Assembly (NCBI GenBank): GCA_963719495.1
Contig: CAVRCI010000013.1
Location: 512,001 to 576,000, forward strand
Source: an uncultured Verrucomicrobiae bacterium
GTDB taxonomy: Bacteria > Verrucomicrobiota > Verrucomicrobiia > Chthoniobacterales > JAATET01
Length of the DNA: 64,000 nucleotides
Direction of reading: 5' to 3'
The number at the start of each line of letters is the position of its first letter. The first letter of the stretch is position 1. The notes beneath the pieces are model-generated. The model saw only the letters and a list, made by a program, of their open reading frames with translations, made no database searches and was not told where the DNA came from. The position numbers and the translations under genes were made by a program. Positions 1-8,724 of the stretch are shown piece by piece.

Positions 1-2448
1 ATCCGCACCCACGAGGACGAGCAACTCACCGTCGAATCCGTCACCACCGGCAGTGACGGCATCGCCACCTACACCGTCCGCGCCGACGGCAAAGACCGCG
101 CCGTCCCCGAGGCCGAACTCGCCGACACCATCAGCTTCAGCGCCCCCGAAGACCGCCTCCTCGCCGGCCGCACCGACGACCTCGCCACCTTCGACCTCCG
201 CGTTGCCACCCTCGGCCACCGCGCCCGCATCCGCCAATCCCCGATCCGCGGCTTCACCGGAGCCCGCATCGACCTCATCCCCCACCAGATCCACATCGCC
301 TCCGAGGTCGCCAGCCGCCTCGCCCCCCGCGTCCTCCTCGCCGACGAAGTCGGTCTCGGCAAGACCATCGAAGCCTGCCTCGTCCTCCACCGCCTGCACC
401 TCACCGGCCGCGCCGACCGCGTCCTCATCGTCCTCCCCGACCCGCTCGTCCACCAGTGGTTTGTGGAATTGCTCCGCCGCTTCAACCTGCTCTTCAGCCT
501 CTTCGACGAAGAACGCGTCGCCGCCATCGAGGCCGGCGACCTCGACGCCAACCCGTTCCTCGACAGCCAACTCGTCATCGCCAGCGCCGCCTTTCTCGCA
601 AACAACGTCAAGCGCGGCGACCAGGCCGTCGCCGCCGGTTGGGACCTCCTCATCGTCGACGAAGCCCACCACCTCGAGCTCGGCAGCCCCAGCTACGACC
701 TCGCCGCCCGCCTGGCCGCGGCCATCCCCGCCGTCCTCCTCCTCACCGCCACCCCGCAGCAGCTCGGGCTCGAAGGCCACTTCAGCCGCCTCCGCCTACT
801 CGACCCCGACCGCTACGCCGACTTCGACGCCTTCGTCGAAGAGTCGAATCGCTACACCGAAGTCGCGAAAGAAGCCGAAGTCCTCATAGCGAAAAAAGCC
901 GCGCCCGCCGATTTGGCCGACCTGCTCGACCGCTTCGGCACCGGCCGCGTGATGTTCCGCAACACCCGCGCCGCCCTCACGGGTTTCCCCCAGCGCCGCG
1001 CCCACCTCGTCGCCATCGACCAGCCCCGCATCCTCTGGCTCGTCGCCCTCCTGCGCGCACTCGACCCCGCGAAGATCCTCCTCATCTGCCGCACCCGCGA
1101 GCTCGCCGAGCAGACCTACGAAGCGCTTCTCAAAGAAATCAGCGTCACCGCCGCCGTCTTCCACGAAGGCCTCACCCTCCTCCAGCGCGACCGCAACGCC
1201 GCCTTCTTCGCCGAACCCGACGGCGCCCGCATCCTTCTCTGCTCCGAGATCGGCAGCGAAGGCCGCAACTTCCAATTCGCCCACCACCTCGTCCTCTTCG
1301 ACCTCCCGGACGACCCGGAATTGCTCGAACAACGCATCGGCCGCCTCGACCGCATCGGCCAGACCGAGACCATCCACATCCACGTCCCCTACGAGACCCG
1401 CACCACGTCCGAGATCCTCGCCCGCTGGTATCACGAAGGCCTCGGCGCCTTCGAACGCAACCGCCACGGCGCCTCCGAGATCGCCGCCGCGCTCGACCCC
1501 GACCTTCGTGCCCTCCTCGAAGAACCCGACGAGAAGAAACTCACGAAATTCCTTCGGAAGTCCAAAGAACTAGCCGCCTCCGTCACCCAACGCCTCTCCG
1601 AAGGCCACGACCGCCTCCTCGAGCTCACCAGCAGCCAACCCGGTCGCGCCGCCGAGCTCATCGAGCGAATCGACCGCCGCGACACCGACCCCGCCTTCGA
1701 AGAATATCTTCTCGAGCTCTTCGACCATTTCGGTATCCACATCGAAGAACTCGGCCACCGCGGCTACCTCCTCCGCCCCGGTCACCTCCTCGCCGACGCC
1801 TTCCCCGGCCTCCCCGACGAAGGCCTCTCCGTCACCCTCGACCGCCCCCGAGCCTTGAGTCGCGAAGACCTCGGCTTCTTCTCCCAGGACCACCCCATGG
1901 TCCGCGGAGCCATCGACCTCCTCCTCGGTGCCGAAACCGGCAACTCCGCCTTCGGCGTCTGGCGCGCCCCCGCCCCGGAGGCCATCTACCTCGAGGCCCA
2001 CGCCATCGCCGAATGCGTCGCCCCGGCCAGCCTCCACGCCGACCGCTTCCTCCCCCCAAAGCCGATCCGCATCACCGTCGACCACCGCCTCGAAAACCAA
2101 ACCGAAAACGCCGCCCTATCGAAAGCCAAGCTCGAAAAAGGCGACATCCACCGCCTCCTCCACAACGACAAAATCAAGCGACGGCTCCTCCCCGCCATGC
2201 TCGCCGAAACCCAGCGCCTGGCCGAAATCGACCTCAAACTCCTGGTAAAGACGGCCACCACCACCATGGAAGCCCGCCTCCAGTCGGAGATCGACCGCCT
2301 GCGACACCTCGCAACGATCAACAACCAAATCCGCCCCGAAGAAATCCAAGCCATCGAAGACCAAAGGACAAATCTGCGAACCGCCCTGTCCGGCACCCGC
2401 CTCCGCCTGGACGCCCTCCGCCTAACCCACAAAACCCCCGCGGAGTAA
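1..2448 (+). CDS. rapA: RNA polymerase-associated SWI2/SNF2 ATPase RapA (5' truncated by window edge)
   Basis: Frame 1 is open from base 1: LIPHQ, LLADEVGLGKT, DEAHH, LLTATP, SEIGSEGRNFQ, LEQRIGRLDRIGQ. Confidence 0.93.
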   Translation: MRTHEDEQLTVESVTTGSDGIATYTVRADGKDRAVPEAELADTISFSAPEDRLLAGRTDDLATFDLRVATLGHRARIRQSPIRGFTGARIDLIPHQIHIASEVASRLAPRVLLADEVGLGKTIEACLVLHRLHLTGRADRVLIVLPDPLVHQWFVELLRRFNLLFSLFDEERVAAIEAGDLDANPFLDSQLVIASAAFLANNVKRGDQAVAAGWDLLIVDEAHHLELGSPSYDLAARLAAAIPAVLLLTATPQQLGLEGHFSRLRLLDPDRYADFDAFVEESNRYTEVAKEAEVLIAKKAAPADLADLLDRFGTGRVMFRNTRAALTGFPQRRAHLVAIDQPRILWLVALLRALDPAKILLICRTRELAEQTYEALLKEISVTAAVFHEGLTLLQRDRNAAFFAEPDGARILLCSEIGSEGRNFQFAHHLVLFDLPDDPELLEQRIGRLDRIGQTETIHIHVPYETRTTSEILARWYHEGLGAFERNRHGASEIAAALDPDLRALLEEPDEKKLTKFLRKSKELAASVTQRLSEGHDRLLELTSSQPGRAAELIERIDRRDTDPAFEEYLLELFDHFGIHIEELGHRGYLLRPGHLLADAFPGLPDEGLSVTLDRPRALSREDLGFFSQDHPMVRGAIDLLLGAETGNSAFGVWRAPAPEAIYLEAHAIAECVAPASLHADRFLPPKPIRITVDHRLENQTENAALSKAKLEKGDIHRLLHNDKIKRRLLPAMLAETQRLAEIDLKLLVKTATTTMEARLQSEIDRLRHLATINNQIRPEEIQAIEDQRTNLRTALSGTRLRLDALRLTHKTPAE

Positions 2449-2507
2449 CCTTCGAGGAGCGGCGATTTTCAATCGCCGACCCACCCCAACGCGAAGCGCA
2501 AATCAAC

Positions 2508-3383
2508 ATGCTCTGGCAAACCCGCCGCCACCTCCACGACCTCACCCACGAGGCCGCCATCATGGGCATCCTCAACGTCACCCCGGATTCCTTCTCCGAC
2601 GGCGGCAGTTACACCGAACCCGACACCGCCGCCGCCCACGCGCTCCGCATGCAATCCGAAGGCGCCACCCTCATCGACGTCGGAGGCGAAAGCACCCGCC
2701 CCGGCTCCGAGATCGTCCCCACCGCCACCGAGATCGCCCGCGTCGTCCCCGTCATCGAGCGCATCCGTCGCGCCAGCGACATCACCATCTCCATCGACAC
2801 ATCCAAGTCCGAAGTCGCCCGCGCCGCCATCGCCGCCGGAGCCGACGTCATCAACGACGTCACCGGCCTCACTGCCGACCCGGCCATGGCCCCCCTCGCC
2901 GCCGAAACGAAAGTCGGCGTCATCATCATGCACATGCGGGGCACGCCGCGGACCATGCAGATCGCCCCCACCTACGAAGACGTCGTCGTCGAAGTCCGGG
3001 AATTCCTTCGACAGCAACTGGGGGCGGCGATAGCGTCCGGGATCGACGAAATGGCCATCGCATTAGACCCCGGCATCGGCTTCGGAAAGACCCCCGACCA
3101 CAACCGCCGCCTCCTGGCCAACTGCGAAGCCTTCGCCCTCACCCCGACCATTCACCATTCACCATTCACCGATCACGCGCGCAAGCGCCCCGTCTTGATC
3201 GGCGTCAGCCGCAAATCCTTCCTCGGCCACCTCGCCGGATCGAACACCATCGCCGACCGATTCTGGCCCGGAGTCGCCTTAACGAGCCTCTGCCGGGAAA
3301 AGGGAGCGCGAATCTTCCGAGTCCACGACGTAACCGCCCACCGAGACGCCGCGAGAATGACCGAAGCCATCCTCCAAGCATGA
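2508..3383 (+). CDS. folP: Dihydropteroate synthase
   Basis: IMGILNVTPDSFSDGG, DVGGESTRPG, SIDTSK, DPGIGFGK, GVSRKS, RVHDV; ATG at 2508 in the frame of ORF 456..3383. Confidence 0.95.
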   Translation: MLWQTRRHLHDLTHEAAIMGILNVTPDSFSDGGSYTEPDTAAAHALRMQSEGATLIDVGGESTRPGSEIVPTATEIARVVPVIERIRRASDITISIDTSKSEVARAAIAAGADVINDVTGLTADPAMAPLAAETKVGVIIMHMRGTPRTMQIAPTYEDVVVEVREFLRQQLGAAIASGIDEMAIALDPGIGFGKTPDHNRRLLANCEAFALTPTIHHSPFTDHARKRPVLIGVSRKSFLGHLAGSNTIADRFWPGVALTSLCREKGARIFRVHDVTAHRDAARMTEAILQA

Positions 3384-3432
3384 ATTCTCACCGCATTGAA
3401 TCTGCGAGAATCTGTTTAATCTGCGGACAAAA

Positions 3433-4227
3433 GTGAATTCCGAAACCCTGCAAACCGCGCTCACCTACGTCCGCGAGAATTGGACCGCCAGCATCGAGAT
3501 CACGATCATCGCGGTCGTTCTCTACTACATCTACAAATACCTCAAAGGCACCCGCGGAGCCCGCATCCTCATTGGATTGGCGGTCATTTTCATCACCCTC
3601 ACGCTCATCTCGCAGGTCTTCGAGCTCGCCGTCATCGGGTGGCTCCTGCGCAGCTTCTCCGTCTTCCTCGCCATCGCCCTCGTCGTCATTTTCCAGCCCG
3701 AACTCCGCCGCGCCCTCACCGAACTCGGCAGCCACCGCTTTTTCAGTAGCTCCTTCGAGAAAAAGGAAACCATCGAAGAACTCACCGACACCGTCTTCGA
3801 ACTCGCCGGCAAAGGCTTCGGCGCCCTCATCGCCGTCGAGCGCGAGATCGACCTCAAAGCCATCGCCACCACCGGCGTCATGGTCGATTGCGAATATTCC
3901 AAAGAATTGACCCTCACGGTCTTCCACCCCAAAACCGTCCTCCACGACGGCGGCATGATCGTCGCCAACGACCGCATCATGGCCGCCGGCTGCATCTTCC
4001 CGCTCACCCAGCGCGAAGACCTGGACCGCAACCTCGGCCTCCGCCACCGCGCCGCCCTCGGCATGAGCGAAGAGTCCGACGCCATCACCCTCATCGTCTC
4101 CGAGGAAACCGGTGCCGTCTCCATCTGCCACAACGGCGTGATCGAGCGAAACCTCAACGTCGAAACGTTCCGAAAGCAACTCAGCCGCCTCCTCCTCGTC
4201 GAGGACAGTGAAAGCGATGTTTCATAA
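3433..4227 (+). CDS. cdaA: Diadenylate cyclase CdaA/DacA
   Basis: Three N-terminal TM segments, VIFQPELRRAL, LHDGG, GLRHRAALG, VSEETG; conserved folP-cdaA-glmM context. Confidence 0.95.
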   Translation: MNSETLQTALTYVRENWTASIEITIIAVVLYYIYKYLKGTRGARILIGLAVIFITLTLISQVFELAVIGWLLRSFSVFLAIALVVIFQPELRRALTELGSHRFFSSSFEKKETIEELTDTVFELAGKGFGALIAVEREIDLKAIATTGVMVDCEYSKELTLTVFHPKTVLHDGGMIVANDRIMAAGCIFPLTQREDLDRNLGLRHRAALGMSEESDAITLIVSEETGAVSICHNGVIERNLNVETFRKQLSRLLLVEDSESDVS

Positions 4228-4360
4228 AGCCCTCCACAATTGGAAAGCCAAAGTCGTCTGCGTCTTCATCGCCACGATCCTCTGGTATCTCATCAACCAG
4301 AACGTCAACCAGCGAGGCTCCGCCCAGGACTGGCCCACCCCCGCCGCCTCGTTCAATTAG
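4217..4360 (+). CDS. 47-aa membrane peptide resembling the N-terminal anchor of CdaR/YbbR
   Basis: MFHKALHNWKAKVVCVFIATILWYLINQNVNQRGSAQDWPTPAASFN*; overlaps the cdaA stop and occupies the cdaR slot; below the ORF-track cutoff. Confidence 0.7.
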   Translation: MFHKALHNWKAKVVCVFIATILWYLINQNVNQRGSAQDWPTPAASFN

Positions 4361-4431
4361 CTCCGTCGCACCAGCGACCTAGCCATTTCGCATTCCCCAT
4401 TTCTAATTTCTAATTTCTAATTTTTGTAGCC

Positions 4432-5805
4432 ATGAAATTATTCGGAACCGACGGCGTCCGCGGCGTCGCCAACGTCCACCCGGTCACCGCCGAAGTCGCC
4501 CTCAAGCTCGGCCGCGCCGCCGCCCACGTCTTCAGTGAAAACGGCGGACCCTACGCCCGCGGAGCCGATCATCGTCCCAAAATCGTCCTCGGCAAGGACA
4601 CCCGGCTCTCCGGCTACATGCTCGAGAACGCCATCGTCGCCGGCATCACGTCCCTCGGCGTCGACGTCCTCGTCATTGGCCCCGTCCCCACCCCCGGCGT
4701 CGCCTACATCACCCGGTCCCTCCGCGCCGACGCCGGCATCGTCCTCTCCGCGTCCCACAACCCCTACGAAGACAACGGCATCAAATTTTTCCGCCACGAC
4801 GGCTACAAACTCGACGACCAGGTCGAGGCCCGCATCGAGCAACTCGTCTTCTCGGGCGAGATCGACGAGATCCGCCCCACCGCCGGAAAAATCGGCCGCG
4901 CCACCCGCATCGACGACGCCCTCGGCCGCTACGTCGAGCAAGCCAAGCAATCCTTCCCCCGCGGCCTCACCCTCGAGTCGCTCCGCATCGTCCTCGATTG
5001 CGCCAACGGCGCCGCCTACAAATCCTCCCCCTGCATCCTGCGCGAACTCGGCGCCAACCTCACCGTCGCCCACAACGCGCCCAACGGCACCAACATCAAC
5101 GCCGACTGCGGCAGCACCTACCCCGAAGAAATCTCCCGCTTGGTTCAAGAGACCAGAGCCGACATCGGCATCAGCCACGACGGCGACGCCGACCGCGTCC
5201 TCCTCGCCGACGAGACCGGCACGGTCGTCGACGGCGACGAAATCCTCGCCATCGCTGCCATCGAAAACCTCAAACGCGGCACCCTCGCCCACAACACCCT
5301 GGTCGCCACGATCATGAGCAACTACGGCCTCGAGGAAGCCCTCGCCCCCCACGGCGGCAAGGTCATCCGCACGAAAGTCGGCGACCGCTACGTCATCGAA
5401 GAAATGATGCGCGGCGGCTACACCGTCGGCGGCGAGCAGAGCGGCCACATGATCTTCCGCGACTTCTCGACGACCGGCGACGGCATCGTCAGCGCCCTCC
5501 AGATCCTCCACATCATGCTGGAAACCGGCCAGCCCCTCAGCAAACTCAAAGCCCAGCTCAAAAAATACCCCCAAGCCCAGCGAAACCTCAAAGTCCGCGA
5601 GAAACCACCCATCGAATCGCTCACCGAAGTCACCAAGCTCATCGCCGAAGCCGAGAAGGCCCTCGACGGCAAAGGCCGCGTCCTCCTCCGCTATTCCGGC
5701 ACCGAGCCCAAAATCCGCCTCCTCATCGAAGGCCGCGACGAGCACCAGATCGCCACCCAGGCCGACCAAATCGCCACCGCGATCCAGAACCAGATCGGCG
5801 CGTAA
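4432..5805 (+). CDS. glmM: Phosphoglucosamine mutase
   Basis: FGTDGVRG, LSASHNP, HDGDADR, GGEQSGH, RYSGTEP. Confidence 0.97.
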   Translation: MKLFGTDGVRGVANVHPVTAEVALKLGRAAAHVFSENGGPYARGADHRPKIVLGKDTRLSGYMLENAIVAGITSLGVDVLVIGPVPTPGVAYITRSLRADAGIVLSASHNPYEDNGIKFFRHDGYKLDDQVEARIEQLVFSGEIDEIRPTAGKIGRATRIDDALGRYVEQAKQSFPRGLTLESLRIVLDCANGAAYKSSPCILRELGANLTVAHNAPNGTNINADCGSTYPEEISRLVQETRADIGISHDGDADRVLLADETGTVVDGDEILAIAAIENLKRGTLAHNTLVATIMSNYGLEEALAPHGGKVIRTKVGDRYVIEEMMRGGYTVGGEQSGHMIFRDFSTTGDGIVSALQILHIMLETGQPLSKLKAQLKKYPQAQRNLKVREKPPIESLTEVTKLIAEAEKALDGKGRVLLRYSGTEPKIRLLIEGRDEHQIATQADQIATAIQNQIGA

Positions 5806-6130
5806 GCGCCGCCATCCAAGGAGGAGGGTAGGGAAGCCGCGCCGCCGGGTTCCGTGACCATCTCCCAGCGCACTCGCCACCCCAACCGACGCTCAAATTA
5901 CCCACATCGTGAGCCTGGAAAGGAAGTTGAGAGTTTGCAGTTGAGAGTCGAATGCCCGCGGATCAGTGACTTGTGAGCTTGGCATCACTCACTGGCAAGG
6001 TGAGCGCGAAATTTGGCTTCAGTCGCGTATTTCCAACTCTCGACTACCGACTCTCAACGATTCACTTTCCTTTTATGACTCCGCGAAACGGAAGGGACGC
6101 GACGCTCCGCGATCAAGCGCCAGCGTGGCC

Positions 6131-7843
6131 TCACCGAAGCCACCGGCGAGCCCAGGCGACCCATTCGACCGCGAGCAAAGCCAACGCAACGGCCACCAGC
6201 CACTTCCACGGTGCCGCCCCGAGCCTCCGCGCGCCGACTTCGAACCCATTCGCGCCCGATTCCCGCAGATCCGACTCCGTCCCGCCCGCCGGATTCACCG
6301 CCAGCCAATCCTCCGCCCCGTCGCGGTAAAAACCCGCTCGCTCGAACGTCTTCCCAGCAACGTCCCCAGCGCTCCCAGCCGATAATTCTCCCGCTCGCAA
6401 CGACTCCGGTTCCCGCACGCCCGCCAGCCAATGCACGGTGTTTGCCATCAGGAGCGGGAACGCGACCTTCAACGGAAGGTCGGACTCCTCGACCCGAAAA
6501 CCGAAAGTCGCCGTGCGGGTTCTGCCCTCGTCCCGCGTGCCGATGAGAACGTCGTCGACCGACCTCGCGACGGACGTCAGACCGACCACCGGCTCCGCTT
6601 CGGTGATGATCGCGCCGTCGAGCGAAAGACCGGCCAGCAAGGGGCTGTCGCCGACCGAATCCGTGATCACCGGATTCGAAATCCCGGTATCTCCGGTGGT
6701 CCACGGACTCCGCCCCACGAAGAGAAAATTCCCCGACTCCGCGGCGGCCTCGCGCGACATTCCTTCGGGCACGAAGTCGTCGAAAACGACCGCGTCGAAC
6801 GACAATTCCATACCGGGTCGCAACGCATCCGGGGTGAGCAATTCGAACGCGATTTCCGGATCCGAACTCAGCGCGTTTTCCAGAAACCAATTGCCCGCGC
6901 TCACCAAAAGCACGCGGGGCATCCCGCCGACCGGCACCGCGGCGCGCCCGACGTCGTCCGCCGCCAGCGCGTCTCCGCCCACCAACCGTCCGGTCAGCCA
7001 ACCGCGCTCGGATTCCAACTCGCGCGAGCCGAAGATTTTCACACTCTCGCGGGACCCACCGCCCGGGATCGTCAGCGGAACGACGTCGAGCGGACGGTCG
7101 TCCAGGCGAATCTCCAGATCGCGCGTCAACGGCTCGTCCGAAAAATTCCGCACCCGCACGAACAACTCCCGGGACTGCCCGCCATCGGGCAGTGGCCGGA
7201 CCGCGAAGTCGGTGATCGCCGCATTGTCCGCCCGCTCGCCCACCGCCACGACCTCGACGCCGGGGATCTCCACCGCCCGATCCGTGACGAAAACGATCCG
7301 CCCCTCGCCGTCGGCCAGGACGTCCCGCGAGAGGTCGAGCGCCGCCTCGATCGACCCACCGGCGTCGGTCACGCCCGCTTCCGCCACGGCTTCGCCCGCT
7401 CGCCGGGCGTCGGCGGTGAGCGGACTCACGCCACCCGACGTCGTGAGCACCGCGACGGGATTCCGCTCGCCGGCGCGGGCGGCGATCTGCTCCGCCGCTC
7501 CGCGCGCCCGCTCGAAGACCGTGCGTCCATCCCCGCCCGCCGCCCGCATCCGCAGCCGCGTATCCAGCACGACGACGGTGGGCTCGGGAACGAGCAGCGA
7601 CGAGAAATCCGGTCGCATGAGCGCGAGCAAAATCAGCAGAAAAATGAGGAGATTCAGCAGCAACGAACGCCAGCCCCGCACGCGCCCCAGCGCCATCCGA
7701 CTCGGCGCGGCGACCGGCACCGCCCGCCACCGCATCACCGACGGCACGACGATCCGCCGTCGCCGCTGCCGCAGCATGTAGAGCCCAACCAACACGGGAA
7801 CCCCCGCGAGGAACCAGGCCGCCCACGGAAAGAGAAACGTCAT
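6131..7843 (-). CDS. BatA/VWA-domain membrane protein
   Basis: N-terminus MTFLFPWAAW..LYMLRQRRRRIVVPS and LILLALMRP (BatA-like), degenerate VWA (VVVLDT..FVTD), C-terminal TM (LLAVEW). Confidence 0.75.
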   Translation of the reverse strand: MTFLFPWAAWFLAGVPVLVGLYMLRQRRRRIVVPSVMRWRAVPVAAPSRMALGRVRGWRSLLLNLLIFLLILLALMRPDFSSLLVPEPTVVVLDTRLRMRAAGGDGRTVFERARGAAEQIAARAGERNPVAVLTTSGGVSPLTADARRAGEAVAEAGVTDAGGSIEAALDLSRDVLADGEGRIVFVTDRAVEIPGVEVVAVGERADNAAITDFAVRPLPDGGQSRELFVRVRNFSDEPLTRDLEIRLDDRPLDVVPLTIPGGGSRESVKIFGSRELESERGWLTGRLVGGDALAADDVGRAAVPVGGMPRVLLVSAGNWFLENALSSDPEIAFELLTPDALRPGMELSFDAVVFDDFVPEGMSREAAAESGNFLFVGRSPWTTGDTGISNPVITDSVGDSPLLAGLSLDGAIITEAEPVVGLTSVARSVDDVLIGTRDEGRTRTATFGFRVEESDLPLKVAFPLLMANTVHWLAGVREPESLRAGELSAGSAGDVAGKTFERAGFYRDGAEDWLAVNPAGGTESDLRESGANGFEVGARRLGAAPWKWLVAVALALLAVEWVAWARRWLR

Positions 7844-8724
7844 CGCCGCAGCGCCCCCGACCGCTCCAACTCGACGATCAACGCCGCTGGCTCCCGCGCG
7901 CACGACGCTTCGTGATAAACGAGCCCCTCGCGCCGACACCACGTCCGCAACTCGTCCGCGAGGGTGTCACCAGCCCACCGTTCCCCGCCCGAGCCGCTCA
8001 CCGCCAGCTCCACCCCCGTCTCCGCGTCGACGACCAGCAGATCGCCCTCGAGCGAACGGCCATCCTCCGCCGGATCGAACACCCGCACGACCGCGACGTC
8101 GAATCCGCGGCTCAGCAGCCGCCGCAACGCGCGCTCGAACCCCGCGGGATCGAGAAAATCGCTGATCACCACCGCCACCGCCCGCCGCCGCGCGCGAGCG
8201 GCGACCGCTCGCAAGGTCGCCTCGAGGTCGGTTGCCCCGGAGTCCGCCTCGACCCGATCCAAAAACCCGACCACGTCGTGAAATTTCGCCCGACCCCGGA
8301 GTGGCCCGATCCGCGACCCCAAGTCGCCCGTGAAGACACCGATCGAAACGTCGTGCTGGCCCGCCAAAGCGACGTAGGCGAAAGCCCCAGCGAGCAGCCG
8401 CGCCTGATCCCACCGAGACCGCGCCTCCCCGCCTTCCACGGCGCACCGCATCGACGCGCTGCCGTCCACGAGCACCTGCACGGAGATCGATTCCTCGTCG
8501 TGGTAGAGCTTCACGAAGAGCCGATCGAGCCGGGCGTAGGCGTTCCAATCCAGCGACCGCGGATCGTCGCCCGGCGCGTAGTTGCGGTGCTCGGCGAATT
8601 CCACGCTGGACCCCGCGCGACGCGACCTCAACTCCGCCCGATGCCGACCCTCGACCGGTCGCCGTGGTGCAAACCGCAGTCGCTCCAGCGCCCGCAGGAA
8701 GGCCGGCGTGAAGAGCCGCTTCAC
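7840..8724 (-). CDS. DUF58 family protein (MoxR-associated VWA)
   Basis: GSSVEFAEHRNYAPGDDPRSLDWNAYAR, LVDGSASM, VVISDF; GTG start overlaps the upstream TGA. Confidence 0.9.
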   Translation of the reverse strand: MKRLFTPAFLRALERLRFAPRRPVEGRHRAELRSRRAGSSVEFAEHRNYAPGDDPRSLDWNAYARLDRLFVKLYHDEESISVQVLVDGSASMRCAVEGGEARSRWDQARLLAGAFAYVALAGQHDVSIGVFTGDLGSRIGPLRGRAKFHDVVGFLDRVEADSGATDLEATLRAVAARARRRAVAVVISDFLDPAGFERALRRLLSRGFDVAVVRVFDPAEDGRSLEGDLLVVDAETGVELAVSGSGGERWAGDTLADELRTWCRREGLVYHEASCAREPAALIVELERSGALRR

